64,000 bases of DNA from assembly GCA_018058135.1 (NCBI GenBank), contig JAGPCK010000007.1:1815-65814 (forward strand), in the 5' to 3' direction. Source of the stretch: Bacteroidia bacterium. Lineage in GTDB: Bacteria > Bacteroidota > Bacteroidia > UKL13-3. Below the pieces are notes generated by a model. It worked only from the letters and a program-made list of their open reading frames with translations. It was not told the DNA's origin and searched no databases. Below are positions 56,236 through 64,000 of the stretch, piece after piece. A program made the translations under genes and the position numbers. Numbering within the stretch: the first letter of the stretch is position 1; each line of letters starts with the position of its first letter.

Positions 56236-59200
56236 CTGCTGCCGACCCGATATCTCCCTATACAAGTAAATATGTTGTTCCGGTTGCCATTGACAATAAC
56301 CATGTGTTGCACTGTCTCACCACCTCTTCCGTAAGCAGAAGTATGGGAAATTTTTTTCGTGGCAGTTATTTCTTGCAACGTATCAGACCCAATGGCATTT
56401 ATTCAGCACCTGCTTTAATCGGTTCTGAAACTCAGGGATTGTCTAATCCAGGGGCCGCTAATACGTACTTCAAATCAGGACGTTTGTGCATAGATGATTC
56501 GGGTCAGGATTATATAAGCACTGATACCAAAGCCTACTCCGTTATAGGCGGTGGGCTGCGCAGGCACAACATGAACCTGTTCAAGTTCGATTCTGCAGTA
56601 AACCTGGTTTGGTCCAAACCGTTTGGAGATACTGCAAAGGTTTCTTCCCCTTCGGTTTTTAACACCTACCAAACTGTAGGCTCCAACCGGAGCAGGTTGT
56701 TTGTTCGGGGAACTTTGCAAAATGACAGTTTTTGGTTTGATGGTATCAGGCATAAAGCAACGGCAGGTCAGGTGCTCCTTCGGTTTGACACCAGTGGCAC
56801 ATACCTTGGCTTTTGTAAAGTGGCCAATTGGTCAGCGGACAATTTCTCAGGTTTCGACAACAAGGGCAATATGCTCTTTACCTTCACTGTCAACAGAGGG
56901 TCTACAGTTCAGTTAGACACCCTGCTCTCGGTAACTGTTCCATCAGTTGGTGCCCGGCATACCATTGTAGCCTGTATCAGTTCCAGAACAGGTATGTGTC
57001 TTTGGTACAGTACCCTCTATTCTACCTTTGGCAACACAATACTCAACTCCATACAAATTCAGCCAGGTAACGTGTTCATACTAACCGGCAGCACCGATGC
57101 CAGTATGGTTATCAATGGCACTTCGCACCTGTTTGGTAAAGAAATGTTCAGAGCTGAAATGGACTCAAACGGAGCTATAACTTTGCTGCAGCGGAACCCT
57201 ATAGTATCGGGTGGCACAGCTTACCCGCTCACCGGTTGGAAAACACCCGGTGGAGACCTGCTTATTACTGATTTTATCTACGGAGGTAACAACTACCGGT
57301 ACGGATGTGATTCTGCCAACGCAGGATCATTGGTCATGTCGCGGTGGACACCTGCTCTCACATATCCCGCACCACAGGTTTCTGCATCGGGGAGTGTGTT
57401 AGCAAACCTAGCTGTTACTTCATGCGACTTGCGCTGGATTGCAGGATCGGGTAGTGGAAGGATGGTGATTATGAGTGAAGGAACACCTGTGAACACGCAC
57501 CCCAGTAACGGGGTGGCATATGTGGCGAGAAATACCTTTGGTGCAGGAGACAGTCTTGGGCCAAACAACTACGTGGTTTATTGCAGCACTGATACCTTCG
57601 TTTCGCTTAAAGGATTGAAACCTGCCACCCGTTACTATGTTAAAATTATAGAGTATAATGGGTGCGGTTCTTCTATCGTCTACGAAAGTGGGAGCGATAC
57701 CTTAAGCTTTCTAACATCGGCCAGGTATTATTACACTAAATCCACGGGTGCACTCAACGAATTGGCCACTTGGGGCGACCGGCCAGATGGGAGCGGCAAT
57801 GCTCCATTATCCTTGTCAATCGATAGTGTAACGTATTGCGTTGTCAATAATATGTTCCCTTATATAGCCTCGGATTCTGTTGTTTTCGGTTCCCCTTCTT
57901 GCAAGGTAATCCTTGGCGACAGTCTTTCTTTAATTGAACTTACCATACCAGATACTACCAATTTTATAGTAAAAAAGCTTCAGGTTACACCCTATGCAAA
58001 GCTAAGGATAATGGGAAGTTTAACCGGGTCGGGGACCTTAACAGGTGATTCATTGTCTGAGATTATTTGTGTCAATTCTAAAAATGTATTAACAACACTG
58101 AATGCCCACAACCTGCAACTTGTTTCTACCGGAGGTCAATTGGTGATTAATTCTTCAGTTACCGTAAGAAACAAACTGTTGCTGAATGCTGATGCGCGAT
58201 TAAACTCGATCTCTATCGGTACCGATTCCATTCATCCCGGAGAGTTAGTGTATGGAAGTGGAAGTATTGCTACACCTGGAGGTGTTAAAAGATATATCCG
58301 GTCAGCAATTACCACAAGTGGGCAAGGATTTTTCCCTGTAGCATATTATAATTCCGGAACAGGGTTGTATTATAAGCGTTTCCTTACCATTAATTTCACG
58401 ACAGCACCAACCCGGGGAGGTTTGGTGACAGCGAATTTTGCACCCTTTATGTTTATAGGAAACGGCTTGCCGCTTACTGATACCACGGGAGGAGATTCTG
58501 CACTCATCACAAGGGTTAATACGGGTTACTGGACTCTCACAGCCGGAAATTTAAACGGTGGCCGTTTCGAGATTGAATTAAGTGACAGCAATGCCAGACA
58601 GGATAGTTTAAAGGATCTGCGTGTTGTGCGATATGGTGGTTCATCTTCTATGTTTCTTGCCGGGAGTTACACTTCTAATACAGGAACCCCTCTTTATCCG
58701 TCTGTAAAAAGCTCAGGTTGCAACTCACTTACAACATCGCCTTTGTTTAATTATTTTTTCACAGGGATTGATGATACTTCGTTATATAAATACCTTCTCG
58801 GCAAACCAACCATCCAGGCAAGTAATTTCAGGGTGGCCAATGTGCACAGCAACAAAATACTTTTGAGATGGAACCGGGGTAACGGATATAGGTGCATGGT
58901 GATTGCCCGCAAAACAAGTGCAGTGAGTGCTTTACCTGTTGACAGTTTTACTTACATTTCCAATGCTAGTTTCGGAAACTCTATTACAAATTTAGGCAGC
59001 TTAAATTATATTGTATACATTGGGGATCTCGATTCTGTATGGGTAACCAACCTTTCGAATAATACCCGCTATCATTTTGCGGTGCTTGAATACAACGGAT
59101 TACAAGGAGGCGAAAGATACCTTACTTCCCCTTTAACATTGACTACCGACTCTACCCGAAATTACACCCAATACTACAATAAAGCAGGCATGTCGCTCAG

Positions 59201-60896
59201 TCAACTATCTACCTGGGGAATGAAGACGGATGGATCGGGGGATACACTTAAGTCCTTTGCTATGTCCGATGTGATATATAACCTAGTGAATGGAAGTACG
59301 GCTACCCTTACCGACTCGCTAGTGATTGCTCCTGCAAGTAATGAGTACTACATTCTGGGTTCAAGGTTTAATATTGGAAACGGAACGCAGCCATTCTTGT
59401 TTACCATAGCATCTACTGCCCGCTTGGTGATGGGTGCAAACATTATCCTGTATCCCAAGAGCAATTCAAGGCTTGTGGTAAATGGTGGATTCAGTTGCAG
59501 ATCAATACAACAATCTTCTCCATATACAGCGGAAGTAGAACTTAATACCAACAAAATGGTGAATACCATTTCTCCGGTTGTTAGCAAGGATATTTGGTAC
59601 ATGCCTAAGCTGAAGGTTATAGGCGGACATTATTATGAACTACCAACTATTGACATACGTGATAGTTTGGAACTGGATGCTATGGTAAAGGGAGCACTTA
59701 TATTAAATGATGGAACTTTTGGCAGGGCCGTTTTAACCCATGTGAGTGGTGGAGCGACTGCTTTTGGGCATCGTTTCTATAACACACAAACACATAACTA
59801 CCCTATTATTTTAATTGACAGTACAGCCAGTGGATATATATACCACAACAGGCCCGTTACAATAACCTCTTCAACAACGCCCACCTCACCAAGTAGCACC
59901 TGTGACGATCCGTTTATTGTTACCTGCGTAAAAGATTATTTTTACCTCGACCTTTTTACGGGATTTCCACTAAGAGATACCACACCTACTTCCATAGTTA
60001 CGCTAAACAAAATATACGAAACACGCACTTTGTGGATTGGCAAATACGGGCATGATGGAAATTCTTCCTGCAACAACATGCTACTGAACTTGCAAGTTAC
60101 CGATACCATTTTGCCTCAGCTCATAGATACTCATGAACTGGGATTATGGACTTACACATATCATCCCTCGGCCAAGCCAATTTACGCAACAGGTACGAGA
60201 ACACCCTATTCAATAGCCGGGAATAAACTCACCGCAGGAAGAGCCGGAATTAAATTCAGTTGGGGCAATCCGTTCGGCTCCATTATGTTCGGGTTGGTGG
60301 TTGATAGCATCCGGGCTGCGTTACCTGTTACTTGGCTCGATTTTCAGGCGAAATCAATTGAAAATAAACATGCACAACTTCACTGGTCCACAGCCAGCGA
60401 ACAAAACAACAGTCACTTTGAAATTGAACGCTCCGTTGACGGATTCAATTTTACGTATGTTAGCCGGAAAGAAGGCAAGGGAACAACAAACTCAATAAGC
60501 GAGTATGGGTTTACAGATATAGATGCCTTTTCTGTAGCTCAAGCAGAAGTTCTATATTACCGACTCAAGCAAGTAGATTATAACGGAAACTACGAATACA
60601 GTCGCACCATTGCAATAAATCACAATGGCCAATCAATGGGACGTATAGAATTAATCACTTTCCCCAATCCGTTTACAGAGCAACTTAACTTAACATTAAA
60701 CAACGTAAGCGAAGGCAATATAACCATAGAAGTATATGACCTGAGCGGTCGTAAGCATTATAGTAATGTGCAGTTTGCGGGACAGGGCTCACTTACACTT
60801 GATTTGAGCGGCCTATCGATATTGAATAGAGGTGTGTACATTATCCATGTGCAAAATGGCAACATTTCATTGGCCCATAAACTAGTGAAGCTATGA
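56205..60896 (+). CDS. Giant T9SS-secreted adhesin-like protein (frame-shifted relative to its likely N-terminus)
   Basis: 1563-aa ORF with no signal peptide at its GTG start. It has the C-terminal module LPVTWLDFQAK...HWSTASEQNNSHFEIERS and the Por tail FPNPFTEQLNL...GVYIIHVQNG. Confidence 0.7.
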   Translation: MFCRDSSGKLTAADPISPYTSKYVVPVAIDNNHVLHCLTTSSVSRSMGNFFRGSYFLQRIRPNGIYSAPALIGSETQGLSNPGAANTYFKSGRLCIDDSGQDYISTDTKAYSVIGGGLRRHNMNLFKFDSAVNLVWSKPFGDTAKVSSPSVFNTYQTVGSNRSRLFVRGTLQNDSFWFDGIRHKATAGQVLLRFDTSGTYLGFCKVANWSADNFSGFDNKGNMLFTFTVNRGSTVQLDTLLSVTVPSVGARHTIVACISSRTGMCLWYSTLYSTFGNTILNSIQIQPGNVFILTGSTDASMVINGTSHLFGKEMFRAEMDSNGAITLLQRNPIVSGGTAYPLTGWKTPGGDLLITDFIYGGNNYRYGCDSANAGSLVMSRWTPALTYPAPQVSASGSVLANLAVTSCDLRWIAGSGSGRMVIMSEGTPVNTHPSNGVAYVARNTFGAGDSLGPNNYVVYCSTDTFVSLKGLKPATRYYVKIIEYNGCGSSIVYESGSDTLSFLTSARYYYTKSTGALNELATWGDRPDGSGNAPLSLSIDSVTYCVVNNMFPYIASDSVVFGSPSCKVILGDSLSLIELTIPDTTNFIVKKLQVTPYAKLRIMGSLTGSGTLTGDSLSEIICVNSKNVLTTLNAHNLQLVSTGGQLVINSSVTVRNKLLLNADARLNSISIGTDSIHPGELVYGSGSIATPGGVKRYIRSAITTSGQGFFPVAYYNSGTGLYYKRFLTINFTTAPTRGGLVTANFAPFMFIGNGLPLTDTTGGDSALITRVNTGYWTLTAGNLNGGRFEIELSDSNARQDSLKDLRVVRYGGSSSMFLAGSYTSNTGTPLYPSVKSSGCNSLTTSPLFNYFFTGIDDTSLYKYLLGKPTIQASNFRVANVHSNKILLRWNRGNGYRCMVIARKTSAVSALPVDSFTYISNASFGNSITNLGSLNYIVYIGDLDSVWVTNLSNNTRYHFAVLEYNGLQGGERYLTSPLTLTTDSTRNYTQYYNKAGMSLSQLSTWGMKTDGSGDTLKSFAMSDVIYNLVNGSTATLTDSLVIAPASNEYYILGSRFNIGNGTQPFLFTIASTARLVMGANIILYPKSNSRLVVNGGFSCRSIQQSSPYTAEVELNTNKMVNTISPVVSKDIWYMPKLKVIGGHYYELPTIDIRDSLELDAMVKGALILNDGTFGRAVLTHVSGGATAFGHRFYNTQTHNYPIILIDSTASGYIYHNRPVTITSSTTPTSPSSTCDDPFIVTCVKDYFYLDLFTGFPLRDTTPTSIVTLNKIYETRTLWIGKYGHDGNSSCNNMLLNLQVTDTILPQLIDTHELGLWTYTYHPSAKPIYATGTRTPYSIAGNKLTAGRAGIKFSWGNPFGSIMFGLVVDSIRAALPVTWLDFQAKSIENKHAQLHWSTASEQNNSHFEIERSVDGFNFTYVSRKEGKGTTNSISEYGFTDIDAFSVAQAEVLYYRLKQVDYNGNYEYSRTIAINHNGQSMGRIELITFPNPFTEQLNLTLNNVSEGNITIEVYDLSGRKHYSNVQFAGQGSLTLDLSGLSILNRGVYIIHVQNGNISLAHKLVKL

Positions 60897-61125
60897 CAAG
60901 AAAGATTACTCGCGATGTAATCTTGATGGCAGATTTTGTTATTTTGCAGGTTTATTCTGAATAATTATGTGTTCAATACTTGAAAAACAAGGCGAGAGTC
61001 TAAAAAATTATCGCCTTGTCTATAAAAATGGGAGAAATGCATTAAGGGTGTTTTGTACTCTTACTTTTTTACTCATTGCATTGCCCGCATTCACTCAAGT
61101 TTCAGGAATAAAAACTATTTGTAGC
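60705..61125. repeat. 421-bp near-identical direct repeat, copy 1 (gene 3' end + intergenic region + next gene 5' end)
   Basis: It aligns base-for-base with 63580-64000 at a 2,875-bp offset. I saw only about 3 mismatches, all near the 5' end. Confidence 0.85.
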
Positions 61126-63771
61126 TCAGGTTGCAACTACAGTACTATAACAAGTGCTGTAAATGATATCAATACTAATGGGGTTGGAGCAGGTGGTGTT
61201 ACATTTAATGTGAGTGCAGGTTTTACCGAAACCGCTACAGGGCAAATCATTATTAGTACAACCACCAGCAGTGTTTCTAATCCTGTAATATTTAAGAAAA
61301 GCGGAAGTGGGGCAAACCCTGTTCTCACTGCACAAACTGGTGCCGGTGGAGGTACAACGGATGGCATCATCAAAATTTCGGGCGCGGATTATATCACCTT
61401 TGACGCCATTGATGTGGCGGAAAACGCCTCCAATACATCTTCAGCACGCATGGATTGGGGCTATGCCATAGTCAAGTCTTCGGCATCTAACGGTTGTGAC
61501 TATATTGTAATCAGAAATTGTAATATAACACTGGATAAGGCAAATACTAATAGTACGGGCAAATACTCGGGTAACCATCCGTCTGGTGCGACCTCAGGGT
61601 ACACTGTTACGACAGCGACAGGTAGACATACCAATATTTACCTTTATGGAAATACTATTTCCAATTGTTATAACGGTATTAAATTGAATGGATATACAGG
61701 AATGAATGACTCGAACATTTGGATTGGCTATAACGGATCGGGTAATACTATAACCAATTTTGGCGGAAGCAGCACAAGAGTCTATGGCATATGGACAGAG
61801 TATTGTACAAGCCTAAATGTTTACAACAACACTGTTAACGGGGGGACAGGCACAACAGCTAATATCAGCGGAATACACCTAGCTAGTGGTTCTAGAAATA
61901 GAAACGTCCGCATTCATTCAAATAATATAACGGTATTCAGCGCTACAGATGGCTATAACTATACCTATGGTATAATTGTAGAGGCTGGTCATGGTGGCTT
62001 AGCAATTGTTGAATTGGATAGTAACGTGGTTCAAAACTCAAGAACATCTGCGATAAACGGAGGGTGTGTAGCTATATACATTAATTGTACCCCCACGAAG
62101 GTATTTTGCCATGGCAACCAGGTTTGTGGTAACCGATCGACTGGAGGCGCAGGCGTAAGTCAAATTTTCATAGGGGCAGGAGATTCTGCGTACGTCTATA
62201 ACAATAAAGTATTTAACAACTATGCGTCTGGTCAACTCATGTGTTGTATCAGATTTGGTATAGGGTCAATACAATGCTATCAAAATGAAATTTATAATGA
62301 TACTGTTTCTGGGGGAGGGGATGTTTGTGTCATTTCCAGTGCTAATTATAGAGCTGTTAAAGAAAGTTACTTCAATAATATCATATATAATATAATTAGT
62401 AATGGGGGAGCTATTATTGGTATTACAATGAATACAACATATAGCGAAACGAAATATATTTATGGCAATTATTTCCATACTTTCAAAGCAAACAGCTATA
62501 TTCATGTAATTAAGCACTCCATTTCATCTCCGGTTTATATATATAATAATCGGATAACCGATATTGAATCAACTGGATCATCGTCTTCAGTAAGGGGTAT
62601 TGACATTAGTTACAATACAAATTGCTACATCTTCAACAACATGGTGAGTGATCTGCGAAGTTCTTATAATTTGGCAGGTATATATCTTAATGCTGGAACT
62701 ATTAGAGCATATTTTAATACTGTGTTTCTGACTGGGACCTGCCCGGGTACAGCCCTTGCTTTGTATGGAGGGCCGCACTTTCTTGACCTCCGTAATAATA
62801 TTCTTGTAAATTTAATTACTCCAACTGGTTCTGGGGTTGCTAATGTGTGGCGCATGCCTTCTATTATTAGCTCATCATATTCGGACTCATCAGACAACAA
62901 CTGCTTTTTTGCAGGTACAACAAGTTCAGTTAAACTACTCTTTTACAATGGAACGCATTCAATACAGACATTAGCAGATTACAAGTCATTAATAGGAGTT
63001 AACAGGGATATTTTTTCATTTAGTGAGATGCCTCCATTTTTGAATATTAGCACAAGACCCTATGACCTACATCTGAGTTCACATATAAGTACCGCTTGCG
63101 AAGGTGGTGGTGCTCGTGTTTTTTCAGTTGTCTCTGATATTGACGGGAACTTACGTAGCACATCTTCACCTGATGTTGGCGCTGATGAAGGAAATTTCAC
63201 AATGGTGCCTGTAACTTGGCTTAGTTTTGCGGCACAAACAGCGGATAAAAAAGTTCATTTGCACTGGACCACTGCCACCGAAACCAACAACAGTCATTTT
63301 GAAGTAGAACGCAGTACAGATGGTCGGAACTTTGAACAAATTGGTGAAGTAACCGGAGCAGGTATCAGCCACATTCCAATCAACTACAACTATACGGATG
63401 TTACTCCATTTGGCACAAACAGTATTTTGTACTATCGCTTAAAACAAGTTGACTTTAACGGAGAGTTTGAGTACAGCAAAACCATAGCTGTAAGCAACAA
63501 CAAACAGGGCAATGGAGTTACTATTGAAGCCATCAACCCCAATCCGTTTAAAGAGAAACTAAACCTTACGTTAAATAATGTAAGCGAAGGCAATATAACC
63601 ATAGAAGTATATGACCTGAGTGGTCGCAAGCATTATAGTAATGTGCAGTTTGCAGGACAGGGCTCACTTACACTTGATTTGAGCGGCCTATCGATATTGA
63701 ATAGAGGTGTGTACATTATCCATGTGCAAAATGGCAACATTTCATTGGCCCATAAACTAGTGAAGCTATGA
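60967..63771 (+). CDS. T9SS-secreted right-handed beta-helix (pectate-lyase-fold-like) repeat protein
   Basis: 934-aa ORF with many N/G-rich ~22-25-aa turns (e.g. IRNCNITL, LYGNTISNCYNGI, VYNNTVNGG). It has the same VTWLSF...NNSHFEVERS module and Por tail as the upstream gene. The true start may be the GTG at 61048 (MFCTLTFLLIALPAFTQ). Confidence 0.7.
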   Translation: MCSILEKQGESLKNYRLVYKNGRNALRVFCTLTFLLIALPAFTQVSGIKTICSSGCNYSTITSAVNDINTNGVGAGGVTFNVSAGFTETATGQIIISTTTSSVSNPVIFKKSGSGANPVLTAQTGAGGGTTDGIIKISGADYITFDAIDVAENASNTSSARMDWGYAIVKSSASNGCDYIVIRNCNITLDKANTNSTGKYSGNHPSGATSGYTVTTATGRHTNIYLYGNTISNCYNGIKLNGYTGMNDSNIWIGYNGSGNTITNFGGSSTRVYGIWTEYCTSLNVYNNTVNGGTGTTANISGIHLASGSRNRNVRIHSNNITVFSATDGYNYTYGIIVEAGHGGLAIVELDSNVVQNSRTSAINGGCVAIYINCTPTKVFCHGNQVCGNRSTGGAGVSQIFIGAGDSAYVYNNKVFNNYASGQLMCCIRFGIGSIQCYQNEIYNDTVSGGGDVCVISSANYRAVKESYFNNIIYNIISNGGAIIGITMNTTYSETKYIYGNYFHTFKANSYIHVIKHSISSPVYIYNNRITDIESTGSSSSVRGIDISYNTNCYIFNNMVSDLRSSYNLAGIYLNAGTIRAYFNTVFLTGTCPGTALALYGGPHFLDLRNNILVNLITPTGSGVANVWRMPSIISSSYSDSSDNNCFFAGTTSSVKLLFYNGTHSIQTLADYKSLIGVNRDIFSFSEMPPFLNISTRPYDLHLSSHISTACEGGGARVFSVVSDIDGNLRSTSSPDVGADEGNFTMVPVTWLSFAAQTADKKVHLHWTTATETNNSHFEVERSTDGRNFEQIGEVTGAGISHIPINYNYTDVTPFGTNSILYYRLKQVDFNGEFEYSKTIAVSNNKQGNGVTIEAINPNPFKEKLNLTLNNVSEGNITIEVYDLSGRKHYSNVQFAGQGSLTLDLSGLSILNRGVYIIHVQNGNISLAHKLVKL

Positions 63772-64000
63772 CAAGAAAGATTACTCGCGATGTAATCTTG
63801 ATGGCAGATTTTGTTATTTTGCAGGTTTATTCTGAATAATTATGTGTTCAATACTTGAAAAACAAGGCGAGAGTCTAAAAAATTATCGCCTTGTCTATAA
63901 AAATGGGAGAAATGCATTAAGGGTGTTTTGTACTCTTACTTTTTTACTCATTGCATTGCCCGCATTCACTCAAGTTTCAGGAATAAAAACTATTTGTAGC
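63580..64000. repeat. 421-bp near-identical direct repeat, copy 2 (continues beyond the window)
   Basis: See copy 1. Confidence 0.85.
63842..64000 (+). CDS. Third tandem T9SS beta-helix family gene, 5' end only (partial)
   Basis: The sequence from 63842 is identical to the first 159 nt of the 60967 ORF. The ORF is open to the window end. Confidence 0.6.
   Translation, partial: MCSILEKQGESLKNYRLVYKNGRNALRVFCTLTFLLIALPAFTQVSGIKTICS

Overview
This window looks like a Bacteroidota chromosome segment. The evidence is many proteins ending in T9SS/Por-type C-terminal sorting domains, TAnnTTTG-type -7 promoter boxes, and DUF2723 and YfhO membrane proteins. All protein calls rest on motifs I recognise by eye, because no database search was possible.

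Layout:
- 1-24.0 kb: ordinary core genes. These include recQ, prs, rplY/ctc, pth, rlmB, kpsF-like, a mannose-1-P guanylyltransferase, an SDR-type threonine dehydrogenase and tRNA-Gln. Four large polytopic GT-C-like membrane proteins and T9SS cargo proteins are interspersed.
- 24.1-55.8 kb: a ~31.6 kb integrated island in the 3' end of tRNA-Pro(GGG), bounded by a perfect 48-bp direct repeat.
  - The backbone at the right end lies entirely on the minus strand. It runs tyrosine integrase, unknown gene, excisionase-like HTH, VirE-like P-loop protein, Zn-finger/TOPRIM primase-like protein. It ends in a ~19-bp iteron array, and a second 36-bp repeat array sits inside the primase-like gene.
  - The cargo includes a five-gene, translationally coupled Type I R-M operon with two DUF262 genes wedged between hsdS and hsdR. 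This is my best candidate for an undescribed composite defence system.
  - Further cargo: a truncated second hsdM, an orphan PIN-like gene, three related T9SS surface proteins (one a 1,928-aa M43-type metalloprotease), an XRE regulator, and a cluster of unknown membrane and small proteins. That cluster includes a 41-aa proline-rich micro-ORF absent from the ORF track.
- 55.9-64.0 kb: giant T9SS adhesin-like genes. One is split by a frameshift. The others form a 2,875-bp tandem repeat unit with a near-identical 421-bp junction.

I saw no rRNA, CRISPR array, IS transposase, relaxase or capsid genes.
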